From an uncultured Candidatus Saccharibacteria bacterium (GTDB taxonomy: Bacteria; Patescibacteriota; Minisyncoccia; Phycocordibacterales; CAIJYI01): a stretch of 36,475 nucleotides of DNA. A program made the translations under genes and the position numbers. Shown one piece after another: positions 20,976 through 30,950 of this stretch (position 1 is the first letter of the stretch; each line of letters opens with the position of its first letter). The notes under the pieces are model-generated. The model saw only the letters and a program-made list of their open reading frames with translations, had not been told where the DNA came from and did no database searches. Location of the stretch: assembly GCA_964428135.1 (NCBI GenBank), contig CAYRXD010000003.1:1-36475 (forward strand), given 5' to 3'.

Positions 20976-23237
20976 TTAAAAATTTAGATTTCCCGCAAAA
21001 GCATTTTTTGTTTCGGGGATTGAGAGCGTTAAGTTTGAAACATTTTGGGAAAGCGCGTATGAGTAGAGCTGTAAAAGATTTGTTTCAATGCGGTAGACGC
21101 GTTTATCGTTCTCTACTTCATGCGGAGTAAAATCATCCACTCGGATCTTCCCCGCTGTGCCTTCCCAGCCGAAATCGTTTTTATATGAAATTGAAAGCTC
21201 AAGATTGCCCGGTATGTTATCGGTAATAAGCGTGAATTGAAGGATGTGTTTTTTCTCCGGATCAATCGCTTCCTCTTGAATACGTATCTCCCCGTACTGG
21301 TTTGAGGTAAGTTGCTCGGAAGGTGTGTCGGAAAGTATTTTGTACGACATAAGCGACGGAGAAAGATAATACGAGCGTATCGCTCCCGGTTTTTTGAGCG
21401 CTTCTTTGAACTCCGGACTTGTGGCCGTGCGAAGGCTCGGCACAGTTTTTACCGTATGAGTTCTGTTGTCCGGCGGCATCGCTCCGGTCTGCACGAGCTC
21501 AAGCGGCATGTGCCGGTTGAAAAAGAGTATATAATAAGAGAGCGTGAATCCCGCTAAGGTTTCTTGGAATATATGGCCTCCGGAAAGGTTTGGTATCGCG
21601 ATGAAACCGTCTTTTTTCTCTTTGCTCACCTGTTCAATTTCGGAAAGCAGATTCCTGTTCAGTTGTTCTATAGCGGTCTTTCTCATCTTTGATTCCTCTC
21701 GGGTACGGACCGCTTGGAATCCGAATGCCTGCTGTGCGGAAAAAATTATTATCACCGCTGGCACTATGATCTTCACAGCATAATCTTTTTTTGTTTTCAG
21801 AAATACCGAAGCCGAGATGGCAAGAAAGATGCAGTATGCATAAAATGCCGCACCGGCGTATCGGTAATCAAAGTCGGGGATCGGTTCATGGTTCGGGCGT
21901 GCGATTATGACCATAACGAGAGCGACAGACATGATCCCGGCGGTTAAAAGTATGAGTTTTTTTTCTTTTGATCCCGCATATTTCATTGCGAGCCAGAAGA
22001 GTATTATATTTGCAAAAAAGATGACGATTTCTATCAATGCCCAATATGACTGCGCGATTCCTTGAATGCTTGGGTGGGCGAGGATCTTTGCTATTTTGGG
22101 AACAAAAAGAGAGAGCGATACGCCGGATGAAAAAAGAGAAATGAAATTTTCTGTAAGGGGAAATAATCTCCAATTATCCTGCTTTTCGGTAGCGGATGGT
22201 GCACCGGCATCACTGAGAGCGGAAAGGAATGTGTCAGGCTGTATCACCATGAATGTGTAAACAAGGAATATTGCAAAGGCGATAATGACCTCACTTACGA
22301 CAATGAGCGCGAGTTTATTTTCTATGAAAAAAACAGAGACATCTTTTTTCTTAACGGTGAGAAGGGGGTCTTTTGTCCAAGAAATGCACATCATAACCAA
22401 AAGAATCGCCGGTATGACCCATATTCCCGATATGTCGGCGCCTAAAGCTCCGAGCATCGAAATGGCAAGAAAAAACAAGTACTTTTTTTCGCGTGATTCT
22501 CCCCAAGAGAGATATGACCATACCATGACAGAAAAAAAGAATATGATCTGAAGATAGATCGTCATAATATAGAAGCCCGGGAGCATATCGTTCCAGCCCG
22601 TAGCCCCGGTGAAGAGTACGAAAAAAACAAAAAAACTCTGCAATCCAAGTCCGAGTTTCTTAAAAGAGAGGTACGTAAAAAAAGGAGTAAGTGCGAACAA
22701 AATGAAAATAAATATGTTGAAAGGAAGAGGGTTTTGTCCGAATATCGCGTCAAGTACTTTCATCTCTGTTCGAAAAAGCGGAAGCGCATGATCGTTGCCG
22801 TGAGGTATAAAAAGCGCATCTGAAAGCGGGGTCGTCCGGTTCAAAGATGCGACCTCAAAGTCATCCATGTTGAAATAGCCGTTCATTATGTTTCCGGCAT
22901 GGGTCGCAAAAGCAAATATGAGACACGCGGCAAGGACAAAAAAATTCTTTTTTATCTCACTTGAGGAAAGGTAAGAATTTTTCACTTGAGCGATAATTTT
23001 TTTCAAATATTCTTTGAAAAATAAAACCGTTGCGAAAGAGACGAGAAGAATGAAAACAGATATGGTAAGCCCGTTTTTGATTCCCGTGAAATAGAGTTTT
23101 GCGGTCGGTCCGAAAGCGCTGAGGCGAGTCGTATCAAAACGGGAAAGGGTAATGAGTGCGCCAGCCGAGGCTATGGAAGCGATTCCGAGAATAAAAAGAT
23201 GTAGATGACGGACGAAAAATGAGTCGTTCTTTGGCAT
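20976..23237 (-). CDS. Large polytopic membrane protein with ~230-aa C-terminal extracytoplasmic domain; possible GT-C type glycosyltransferase/polymerase, otherwise uncharacterised
   Basis: 753 aa with about 13-15 hydrophobic segments. The first large loop carries YFNMDDFE and HGNDHALPLFR. The C-terminal third is hydrophilic and beta-rich. I recognise no family. Confidence 0.55.
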   Translation of the reverse strand: MPKNDSFFVRHLHLFILGIASIASAGALITLSRFDTTRLSAFGPTAKLYFTGIKNGLTISVFILLVSFATVLFFKEYLKKIIAQVKNSYLSSSEIKKNFFVLAACLIFAFATHAGNIMNGYFNMDDFEVASLNRTTPLSDALFIPHGNDHALPLFRTEMKVLDAIFGQNPLPFNIFIFILFALTPFFTYLSFKKLGLGLQSFFVFFVLFTGATGWNDMLPGFYIMTIYLQIIFFFSVMVWSYLSWGESREKKYLFFLAISMLGALGADISGIWVIPAILLVMMCISWTKDPLLTVKKKDVSVFFIENKLALIVVSEVIIAFAIFLVYTFMVIQPDTFLSALSDAGAPSATEKQDNWRLFPLTENFISLFSSGVSLSLFVPKIAKILAHPSIQGIAQSYWALIEIVIFFANIILFWLAMKYAGSKEKKLILLTAGIMSVALVMVIIARPNHEPIPDFDYRYAGAAFYAYCIFLAISASVFLKTKKDYAVKIIVPAVIIIFSAQQAFGFQAVRTREESKMRKTAIEQLNRNLLSEIEQVSKEKKDGFIAIPNLSGGHIFQETLAGFTLSYYILFFNRHMPLELVQTGAMPPDNRTHTVKTVPSLRTATSPEFKEALKKPGAIRSYYLSPSLMSYKILSDTPSEQLTSNQYGEIRIQEEAIDPEKKHILQFTLITDNIPGNLELSISYKNDFGWEGTAGKIRVDDFTPHEVENDKRVYRIETNLLQLYSYALSQNVSNLTLSIPETKNAFAGNLNF

Positions 23238-23312
23238 GAAATATTTACCGTTAACTCGCTGAATAATGCCGTTATTCTACCACAAAATCTGGAAACAGGA
23301 AGTAATCAAACT

Positions 23313-23342
23313 TTGCTTTTGGGTATATTTTTGTGGTATCAT
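23313..23342 (+). promoter_or_regulatory. Sigma70-like promoter abutting ATG 23349
   Basis: TTGCTT (23313-23318), 18-nt spacer, TGg-TATCAT (23334-23342), then 6 nt to ATG. No SD. Confidence 0.45.
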
Positions 23343-23348
23343 TCACCA

Positions 23349-23714
23349 ATGACCGACAAATGGATTAAAGATACAGGGCTTGTTTTTGCGCTCGTCTTTC
23401 TTGTTCTCGGATATGTGAAAGAGAGTCAAGATCTTTTGGTTGTCTCCGGAGTACTTCTTTTTATCTCAATTTTTATTCCGCAGGCGATATATCCGGTCGC
23501 GCTTTTGTGGCAAAAGATTGCGGAATTGCTCGGGCTTATCGTCCCAAAGATATTCTTCGGCATCGTATTTTTTGCGATCATTCTGCCCATCGGTTTCCTT
23601 CGCCGGTTTCTGAAAGGTGATATGCTTTTTATTTTAAAGTGGCGCGAAGCAGAGACTGTTTTTAAGGAAAGGAATCATCTTTTTGTAAAACAAGACGTTG
23701 AACAGCCTTACTAA
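23349..23714 (+). CDS. SxtJ-like small membrane protein
   Basis: About 121 aa with 3-4 TM segments. It lies directly upstream of an SxtK/DUF5989-like ORF and a carbamoyltransferase, the gene order known from saxitoxin sxtI-J-K and many carbamoyltransferase loci. Confidence 0.6.
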   Translation: MTDKWIKDTGLVFALVFLVLGYVKESQDLLVVSGVLLFISIFIPQAIYPVALLWQKIAELLGLIVPKIFFGIVFFAIILPIGFLRRFLKGDMLFILKWREAETVFKERNHLFVKQDVEQPY

Positions 23715-23741
23715 TAATACAAATAATATAAAATATATTTT

Positions 23742-23891
23742 ATGGATTTTTTGAAAGACATATGGGGATTTCTTGGAACCCGAAAAAAATTTTGGCTTCT
23801 TCCGACCATGATTGTCCTGGTTTTGGTCGGCGCGCTTCTTGTGTTTGGCGCAGGAAGCGCGGCGGGACCATTTATTTATACTATTTTTTAG
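23742..23891 (+). CDS. DUF5989 / SxtK-like 49-aa membrane peptide (missed by the ORF track)
   Basis: My translation is MDFLKDIWGFLGTRKKFWLLPTMIVLVLVGALLVFGAGSAAGPFIYTIF. The motifs KKFWLLP...GALL...PFIYTxF are the conserved DUF5989 pattern. The track instead lists an out-of-frame ORF at 23762-23956. Confidence 0.75.
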   Translation: MDFLKDIWGFLGTRKKFWLLPTMIVLVLVGALLVFGAGSAAGPFIYTIF

Positions 23892-23897
23892 ATCGTC

Positions 23898-25781
23898 ATG
23901 GAAACTGCATCGGACCGAAAAATATGTATTCTTGGTATTTCCGCTTATTATCATGATAGCGCTGCGGCGCTTATTGTAGACGGTACTATTGTTGCGGCGG
24001 CTCACGAAGAACGTTTTACCCGAAAGAAACATGACGACCGGTTCCCAAAAAACGCCATTCGATATGTATTATCAGAACAGGGACTTTCTCTTGCTGATCT
24101 CGATGCGATAGCTTTTTATGACAAGCCGTTCCTGAAATTCGAACGGCTTTTGGAAATATATCATGTCTTTTCCCCAAGAGGATTCAAGAGTTTTGCGATG
24201 GCGATGCCTGTATGGATAAAAGAAAAACTTTTCATGCGGGGAAATATCTGGAAAGAACTGGAAGAGATACATGGAGGAAAGATCATAAAACGCCCGGCGC
24301 TTCTCTTTTCGGAGCATCATCTTTCTCATGCAGCGAGTGCTTTTTATCCGTCTCCTTTTGAGAAAGCGGCGATTCTCACAGTAGACGGCGTGGGTGAATG
24401 GGCGACGACCACGATTGGGTTGGGGGAAGGGAAGAATATCTCCATTCTGAAAGAAACGCATTTTCCGCATTCGCTCGGGCTTCTCTATTCGGCTTTTACA
24501 TATTACTGCGGATTCAGGGTGAACAGCGGGGAATACAAGCTCATGGGGCTTGCACCATATGGTCATAAAGGGAGTGCTCGGGTGGATGAATATAAAAAGA
24601 AAACCCTTGATACTCTCATTAGTCTGAAAGAAGATGGCTCACTTGCTTTAAATATGGAGTACTTTGAATTTGCTACGGGCGTTCGGATGTGTGATGTTAA
24701 AAAATGGGAAACACTCTTCGGTATTTCTCCTCGTCCGGCGGAGAGTAATATTACACAGGAACACTCGGATATGGCATTGGCTATACAAGAGATAACGGAA
24801 GAGGCGATGCTTCGTCTTGTCCGTCACGCCAAAAAACTTACAAACGCCGAGAATCTCGTGCTCGCGGGCGGCGTGGCGCTCAATTGTGTTGCGAACGAAA
24901 AAATTCGCGAGGCGGGAATATTCAAAAAAGTATGGGTACAACCGGCGGCGGGAGATGCGGGGGGCGCTCTTGGCGCCGCTTTTGCCGCTTATCATATCTG
25001 GGCAGATAAACAGCGTGTTCTTCTTGGCGGAGATGACGCAATGAATGGGTCGTATCTTGGCCCGGAGTTTTCCGATATTGAGACGATGCGCGTTATCAGG
25101 AAGTATAATGCATCATTCAAGAAATATGAAAGTTTTGAAGATCTTGCAAAAGACGCCGCCACTCTCTTGTCTGACGGAAAGGTGGTGGGATGGATGCAGG
25201 GAAGAATGGAATGGGGTCCGCGAGCGCTCGGCAACAGAAGTATTCTCGGTGATCCTCGGGTGCCGGACATGCAAAAGAAACTCAACTTAAAGATAAAACA
25301 GCGCGAGGGTTTCCGACCGTTTGCACCATCTGTACTTGCGGAAGACATGGCGGAATATTTCGAAACGAATGCCCCTTCTCCTTATATGCTCTTTACTGCG
25401 CCAGTCAAAAAATCTCGCCGAAAGCCGCTTGCACCCGCTGGTACGCCGCTCTTTGAAAGACTCTATGCTCCGCGGTCCGATATTCCCTCCGTCACGCACC
25501 TTGATTATTCGGCCCGTATTCAGACGGTCTCGAAAGACACGAACGAAAGATACTGGAAACTCATTTCCGCGTTTAAGGAAAAAACCGGCTACGGTCTCAT
25601 AATCAATACGAGCTTTAATGTGCGGAACGAACCGATCATCTGTACCCCCGAAGACGCCTATCGATGCTTCATGTCGACTGAAATGGACTATCTCGTGGTC
25701 GGAAACATTTTATTCGAGAAAACATCCCAGCCGAAATTTATAAGCGGAACATTTAACCTCAAGTTCAATGAATTGGATTAA
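23898..25781 (+). CDS. Carbamoyltransferase (NodU/CmcH/SxtI family)
   Basis: 627 aa. ILGISAYYHDSAAALIVDGTIVAAAHEERFTRKKHD, EHHLSHAASAF, LAGGVALNCVAN, GRMEWGPRALGNRSILGDP, NTSFNVRNEPIICTPEDA. Confidence 0.9.
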   Translation: METASDRKICILGISAYYHDSAAALIVDGTIVAAAHEERFTRKKHDDRFPKNAIRYVLSEQGLSLADLDAIAFYDKPFLKFERLLEIYHVFSPRGFKSFAMAMPVWIKEKLFMRGNIWKELEEIHGGKIIKRPALLFSEHHLSHAASAFYPSPFEKAAILTVDGVGEWATTTIGLGEGKNISILKETHFPHSLGLLYSAFTYYCGFRVNSGEYKLMGLAPYGHKGSARVDEYKKKTLDTLISLKEDGSLALNMEYFEFATGVRMCDVKKWETLFGISPRPAESNITQEHSDMALAIQEITEEAMLRLVRHAKKLTNAENLVLAGGVALNCVANEKIREAGIFKKVWVQPAAGDAGGALGAAFAAYHIWADKQRVLLGGDDAMNGSYLGPEFSDIETMRVIRKYNASFKKYESFEDLAKDAATLLSDGKVVGWMQGRMEWGPRALGNRSILGDPRVPDMQKKLNLKIKQREGFRPFAPSVLAEDMAEYFETNAPSPYMLFTAPVKKSRRKPLAPAGTPLFERLYAPRSDIPSVTHLDYSARIQTVSKDTNERYWKLISAFKEKTGYGLIINTSFNVRNEPIICTPEDAYRCFMSTEMDYLVVGNILFEKTSQPKFISGTFNLKFNELD

Positions 25782-26934
25782 AAACCATAAAGCTGATATT
25801 GCACTAGCTCTTGTGAGTTTTGTTGTGACGATTGTTGTCGTTGATGCGGTGCTGTATTTTACTCATTACCGGTATGTTATTCTCAAGACAATTTATCCGC
25901 GGTTCTATTTTATGAAAGATCTTGAGATAGGACATGATATCGGAATAAACGTTGCCACAACAACTCATCTTTTTGAAGATTCCTCCTATCCTGTTTGGTC
26001 AAATGATCTGGGTTGTTTTGACACTGCTTATGCAAGCGAAACGCCCTATATATATCTTGCCGGCGATAGCTTGACGTGGGGTTTTAGCCCTTTTGAGGAT
26101 ATGTGGGGAACAAGGACGCAAGATATTGTAGGTGTTCGAACCCTTAAGTGCGGCGTAACGGGCGGTTATGGTACGAAGCAGGAATTTATAAAAGCATCGC
26201 GCATTCTTGCTCGCCTGCCAGCGCCCCCGAGCCTCATCGTCGTAGAGCACTTTGACGGCAATGACATTGACGAGGATACGAATTTCCCCATCAATACGGT
26301 GTACAATGGGTATGTAATGCCCAATCTCGCTAAGGGCGGAGTCACGGAAGCGCAGGCGGAAGAAAAATATGCTCGTTTTGATGCGACATGCACGACGGAA
26401 CCGCCAGCACACCCGACGGTACAGCAAATACGATGTTTCCTTTCCAATCATTCCGTACTCTATAATTTTATCAAGAAAGACATGAGGGGGTGGCTGACCG
26501 CGCTCTTTCCTCAATCAGTTCTTGAAAAGTTTGATTTAATCGCGCATGAAAAAAAAGTTGCGGTGTTAAGTAACGATACTGGTGATTTCGAGAAACATCT
26601 CCAAAATATTCTATCGTTCAAGAAGTTGGCGCAAGAGAAAAACTCAAAACTTTTATTCGTTCTTGTTCCCGGTAATAATGAAAAATTAAAATTATTTCTT
26701 GATAAAGAAAATATATCGTACATTGATCTCGGTCCAGCTTTTGAGAAATACGGGAAAGTAAAACCGCTCCGCTGGAAAATCAACGGACACTGGAACCCTA
26801 ACGGTCAGCATCTTGCCGGGTTTGCGATATCAAAATTTATCATTGAAAATGATCTCGTCTCTGTTCCGGACAAGGAGGGTTCGCTCATAACCATTAATTC
26901 ATCTATGCGAACAGAATTTGGGGGTCCGTTGTAG
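25768..26934 (+). CDS. Membrane-anchored SGNH/GDSL-like protein (AlgJ/AlgX/DltD-type O-acyl transfer or esterase candidate)
   Basis: N-terminal TM helix. YLAGDSLTWGFSP (GDS block I). NGHWNPNGQHLAG resembles the D-x-HW...G block of the AlgX/AlgJ/DltD families. Overlaps the carbamoyltransferase stop by 14 nt. Confidence 0.55.
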   Translation: MNWIKNHKADIALALVSFVVTIVVVDAVLYFTHYRYVILKTIYPRFYFMKDLEIGHDIGINVATTTHLFEDSSYPVWSNDLGCFDTAYASETPYIYLAGDSLTWGFSPFEDMWGTRTQDIVGVRTLKCGVTGGYGTKQEFIKASRILARLPAPPSLIVVEHFDGNDIDEDTNFPINTVYNGYVMPNLAKGGVTEAQAEEKYARFDATCTTEPPAHPTVQQIRCFLSNHSVLYNFIKKDMRGWLTALFPQSVLEKFDLIAHEKKVAVLSNDTGDFEKHLQNILSFKKLAQEKNSKLLFVLVPGNNEKLKLFLDKENISYIDLGPAFEKYGKVKPLRWKINGHWNPNGQHLAGFAISKFIIENDLVSVPDKEGSLITINSSMRTEFGGPL

Positions 26935-27011
26935 AGTTGAAGGTTTATCCAGCTCTAAAGTTACGCTTAAAAACACACTTTATAGCTTTATGAACTGCTC
27001 ACTTTATAAAC

Positions 27012-27932
27012 TCATTTGTACCATTTATACGTCGCGACAGCTCCGTCTTCAAGGGAAATTTTGTGTTTCCATCCGAGTTTATGGAGCCGGTTTACGTTGA
27101 GCCATTTTCGGGGCGTACCGTCGGGCTTGGTCGTGTCCCATACAATTTTTCCTTTGAATCCGACGGTCTTTTTAACGAGCCCCGCGAGTGTTTTAATGGA
27201 AACGTCTTTTCCTGTGCCGATGTTGACGATATCGGGCTTATCGTAGGTATTCATGAGAAAAACACAGGCATCCGCAAGGTCATCGACGTGGAGAAACTCT
27301 CGCTTCGCTTTGCCAGTACCGAAGACGGTCACTTCTTGTTGTCCCGCAATCTTCGCTTCGTGGAATCTTCGCATGAGTGCGGGGAGGACATGCGCTCTTT
27401 CGTAATCAAAATTATCATTCGGACCATAGAGGTTGGTCGGCATGACGGAAATGAAATTTGCGCCATACTGTCGATGGTATGCCCGACACATCATGATGCC
27501 AGCAATCTTTGCCGCAGCGTATGCCTCGTTGGTCGGCTCAAGCTTTCCGTTCATAAAGTATTCTTCCTTGATGGGTTGAGGAGCAAGGCGGGGATAAATA
27601 CAGGAACTCCCGAGAAAGAGAAGTTTTTTCACTCCGTTCACCTGCGATTGGTGGATGATGTTGTTTTGTATTGTGAGGTTTTCAAAAATAAACTCCGCCG
27701 GGCGCGTATCGTTTGCCAGTATTCCGCCGACTTTAGCCGCAGCGAGAAAAACATACTCCGGTTTTTCCTCGGCGAAAAAATCCGCCACCGCTTTTTGGTC
27801 AAGGAGATCGAGTTCCGCACGTGTTCTAAGAATGAGATTTTTATAGCCATTCTTTGCGAGGTGGCGCACGATCGCGGAGCCGACGAGCCCTCTGTGTCCC
27901 GCAATATATATCTTCGAGCTTTTATTCATCAT
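27012..27932 (-). CDS. fcl: GDP-4-keto-6-deoxymannose 3,5-epimerase/4-reductase (GDP-L-fucose synthase; could alternatively act as ColC-type GDP-colitose synthase)
   Basis: 306 aa. [55 protein letters not shown]. Confidence 0.85.
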   Translation of the reverse strand: MMNKSSKIYIAGHRGLVGSAIVRHLAKNGYKNLILRTRAELDLLDQKAVADFFAEEKPEYVFLAAAKVGGILANDTRPAEFIFENLTIQNNIIHQSQVNGVKKLLFLGSSCIYPRLAPQPIKEEYFMNGKLEPTNEAYAAAKIAGIMMCRAYHRQYGANFISVMPTNLYGPNDNFDYERAHVLPALMRRFHEAKIAGQQEVTVFGTGKAKREFLHVDDLADACVFLMNTYDKPDIVNIGTGKDVSIKTLAGLVKKTVGFKGKIVWDTTKPDGTPRKWLNVNRLHKLGWKHKISLEDGAVATYKWYK

Positions 27933-28387
27933 GAGATTCTAAAACCGGCTATTGATAAAAATTTCTTTATATACGGGTCCCATGTTTCATTAATATGGTC
28001 AAACCAGTGATATTCTTCAGATTGATCATCTATGGTGACGCGTTCTGATTTCGCGGTTCCTTGAAAAATGATATTGATAGTGTGGGTTGATTTTCCGAAT
28101 GGTCCATCGGTGAAAAAAGTCTCATCTACGCCGAGCAGTTTCAGGTCTTGTACGCGAAGCCCCGTTTCTTGGAGCGCTTTCCTTTCTGCCGCATCGGCAA
28201 AACGCTCGTCTCGAAGTATGCGCCCGCCCGGAAGCCACCACTTGCCTTGCACAGGAGCGTTCTTTCTTTTTACCAGAAGGAAAGAGTCGTTCTGTACGAG
28301 TACTATATCAATGCAGGCAATCGGCATCAGACGATGGAATTCTTTGTATTGTTCCAGGGGGATTGCGCTTGTTTGGGTTTCAGTCAT
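27929..28387 (-). CDS. gmm: NUDIX hydrolase, GDP-mannose mannosyl hydrolase type
   Basis: 152 aa. NUDIX box [23 protein letters not shown]. Located between gmd and fcl, as in colanic-acid-type clusters. Confidence 0.7.
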   Translation of the reverse strand: MTETQTSAIPLEQYKEFHRLMPIACIDIVLVQNDSFLLVKRKNAPVQGKWWLPGGRILRDERFADAAERKALQETGLRVQDLKLLGVDETFFTDGPFGKSTHTINIIFQGTAKSERVTIDDQSEEYHWFDHINETWDPYIKKFLSIAGFRIS

Positions 28388-28398
28388 ATATCGTCGAA

Positions 28399-29433
28399 TT
28401 ACTTTCTACTTTCGATCGCGAGATCTGCGTCTGCCATAAGTTTTGCTAATTCTTTGAATTTTGTTTTCGGTTCCCAGCCAAAAGCTTTCTTCGCTTTGCT
28501 ATAATCTCCGAGAAGAACGTCAACTTCTGCAGGGCGGAAATATTTGGGGTCTACTTCTACGATCGTCTTTCCTGTTTTTTTGTCCGTCCCTTTTTCCTCC
28601 GCCCCTTTGCCTTTCCAAATCAGTTCAAACCCAAGATGTGCTGCGGACTCTTCGACAAACTCCCTCACGGTATGGGTTTCGTTGGTTGCGAGGATGAAGT
28701 CATCGGGGGTATCATGCTGAAGCATAAGCCACATGCCGTAGACGTAATCTTTCGCATACCCCCAGTCTCGTTTTGCGTCCATGTTGCCGAGATAGAGCTT
28801 GTCTTCTTTTCTTAATTTTATCCGCGCAAGTCCGCGAGTAATTTTTCGCGTAACGAAGGTTTCGCCGCGTCGCGGACTTTCGTGATTAAAGAGAATGCCG
28901 TTTGAGGCGAATAGCCCGTAGCTCTCGCGATAATTTTTGGTGATCCAATAGGCATAGACCTTCGCGCATCCGTACGGCGAGCGGGGATAGAACGGCGTCG
29001 TTTCTTTTAGAGGAAGTTCAAGCGCTTTTCCGAACATTTCACTTGAGGAAGCCTGGTAGAATTTTGTTTTGATACCGGAGTCTTTAATAGCATCAAGAAT
29101 TCGAAGCGTGCCTATTCCGGTAACGTCGCCGGTATATTCAGGCATTTCAAAGCTGACTTGTACATGGCTTTGTGCGCCGAGATGATATATTTCGTCGGGG
29201 TGTATTTTTTCCAAGAGTCGGCTAATATTGCTTGAATCTGACAGGTCTCCATAATGGAGGTGAAGTTTGATACCATTGATATGAGGATCTTGATACAGAT
29301 GATCAATACGCGAGGTATTGAAAGTGCTGGCGCGTCTTATAACGCCATGTACCTCATACCCCTTTTCCAAAAGGAGTTCGGCAAGATAGGATCCGTCTTG
29401 TCCGGTTATTCCGGTTATCAGCGCTTTTTTCAT
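28399..29433 (-). CDS. gmd: GDP-mannose 4,6-dehydratase
   Basis: [72 protein letters not shown]. Confidence 0.92.
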   Translation of the reverse strand: MKKALITGITGQDGSYLAELLLEKGYEVHGVIRRASTFNTSRIDHLYQDPHINGIKLHLHYGDLSDSSNISRLLEKIHPDEIYHLGAQSHVQVSFEMPEYTGDVTGIGTLRILDAIKDSGIKTKFYQASSSEMFGKALELPLKETTPFYPRSPYGCAKVYAYWITKNYRESYGLFASNGILFNHESPRRGETFVTRKITRGLARIKLRKEDKLYLGNMDAKRDWGYAKDYVYGMWLMLQHDTPDDFILATNETHTVREFVEESAAHLGFELIWKGKGAEEKGTDKKTGKTIVEVDPKYFRPAEVDVLLGDYSKAKKAFGWEPKTKFKELAKLMADADLAIESRK

Positions 29434-29439
29434 GATGCA

Positions 29440-29445
29440 ATTATA
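29440..29445 (-). promoter_or_regulatory. Consensus -10 box 6 nt upstream of the gmd ATG
   Basis: Minus strand reads TATAAT, tgcatc, ATG(29433). No SD. Confidence 0.4.
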
Positions 29446-29553
29446 ATAACCTTTTTAGTTTCCGATAGTTACACATTATATAGGAGCATTCGGAGATAGG
29501 CAATTTGTTGTGATTACTGTTGTCATTTTGTGTTAAAAGTATATTCTTTTGAT

Positions 29554-30933
29554 ATGTATTCTGTTATTCTCTGCGGGGGGTCGGGGACGCGGTTGTGGCC
29601 GCTTTCCCGGAAAAATTACCCCAAACAATTTCTCGCTCTCGCGGGTCGCAACTCTCTTTTACAGGAGACGTTTTTGCGCATGCGAAAAGCGATGCCGACA
29701 GAGCGTATTTTCTTCGTGACGAACAAGCAGAATTTTTTTAATGTACTCAATCAGATACGAGAGATACATCCTGATTTTGAAGAAAAAAATATAATCATGG
29801 AACCGGCGAGCAAGAATACGTTGCCTGCGATTGCCTGCGCCGTAAAGTATTTGCAGGACACCATCGGCGTTCCATCAACTGAACCGATACTTTTCGCGCC
29901 GGCGGATCATCTTATCGCAAACAGCGATGCTTTTATACAGCTCATGTTGGAGATGGAAAAAGAAATCGACAACGCTATCGGGACTATAGGCATTATGCCG
30001 ACGAAACCGGAAACGGGGTACGGGTACATACAGAAAGGCGAGGCGCGCGGAGGACATTTCGCGGTTTCCGCATTTAAAGAAAAACCGACTCATGGTGTTG
30101 CCGCAGAATACGTTGAGAGCGGCAAGTTTTTGTGGAATTCCGGCATGTACATGTTTTCGATTAAAACTTTTGCTGAAGAGCTGAGGAAATACGCACCGGA
30201 AGTGGCGAAAGTATTCCAATCATCGCCGGAGGGTTTCGTGGAAAATTTTTCACGTCTCCCCGCGCTTTCTATAGACAATGGCATTTCGGAAAAGTCAGAC
30301 CGCGTGATCGTCTTTGAGGGAAATTTCGGCTGGAGCGACATAGGGTCTTTCGACAGCTTGGCGGAGGCGACTGCGGGAACGGCAGAATATAAACCGCGTC
30401 ACGTGGGGGTTGATTCCAGAAATGTGTTCGTCCATTCGACAAGCAATCGGCTTATCGTCACGCTCGGCGTCGATGATCTGGTGGTGGTGGAGAACAACGA
30501 CAGCATCCTCATTCACAAAAAGGGACGAAGCGAAGATGTGAAAAAAGTCCTTCGCCATTTGGAAGAAAACAAATACCCGGAGATAGAGCATAATGTGATA
30601 GTGCATCGCCCGTGGGGAAGGTATGAAGTCCTTCTTGATGCGCCGTTTTATAAAACAAAAAAACTTCTGGTATATCCCGGGAAAAAACTTTCGCTCCAGT
30701 CTCACCAGCACCGTGCCGAGCACTGGGTGGTGGTGTCGGGCGTGGTGAAAGTCACCAAAGGCGAGGAAACATTTCTCCTGCAAAAAAACGAAGGAACATT
30801 CATTTCCTCACACACCAAACACCGTATCGAAAATCCCGGGAAAGTGAATTTGGAAATTATCGAAGTCCAGACGGGAGAGTATCTCGGAGAGGATGACATT
30901 GCCCGGTATGAGGATGATTTTAAACGAGTATAA
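29554..30933 (+). CDS. manC: Mannose-1-phosphate guanylyltransferase / mannose-6-phosphate isomerase (type II PMI-GMP)
   Basis: MYSVILCGGSGTRLWPLSR, EPASKNTLPAI, GWSDIGSFDS. C-terminal cupin with VHRPWGRYEVL and HRAEHWVVVSG. The first ATG is at 29554; the track start at 29530 is a GTG. Confidence 0.9.
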   Translation: MYSVILCGGSGTRLWPLSRKNYPKQFLALAGRNSLLQETFLRMRKAMPTERIFFVTNKQNFFNVLNQIREIHPDFEEKNIIMEPASKNTLPAIACAVKYLQDTIGVPSTEPILFAPADHLIANSDAFIQLMLEMEKEIDNAIGTIGIMPTKPETGYGYIQKGEARGGHFAVSAFKEKPTHGVAAEYVESGKFLWNSGMYMFSIKTFAEELRKYAPEVAKVFQSSPEGFVENFSRLPALSIDNGISEKSDRVIVFEGNFGWSDIGSFDSLAEATAGTAEYKPRHVGVDSRNVFVHSTSNRLIVTLGVDDLVVVENNDSILIHKKGRSEDVKKVLRHLEENKYPEIEHNVIVHRPWGRYEVLLDAPFYKTKKLLVYPGKKLSLQSHQHRAEHWVVVSGVVKVTKGEETFLLQKNEGTFISSHTKHRIENPGKVNLEIIEVQTGEYLGEDDIARYEDDFKRV

Positions 30934-30950
30934 AAACCACAAGTCTTCTT

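Noticed and set aside
23762-23956. Track ORF of 64 aa between the SxtJ-like gene and the carbamoyltransferase
   Set aside because: It is out of frame with the conserved 49-aa DUF5989/SxtK-like peptide (23742-23891), and it runs into the carbamoyltransferase start. The DUF5989 frame is the real gene.
27063-28010. 315-aa ORF antisense to fcl and gmm
   Set aside because: It overlaps two strongly supported minus-strand genes, has no motifs and has no plausible start context. It is a shadow ORF.
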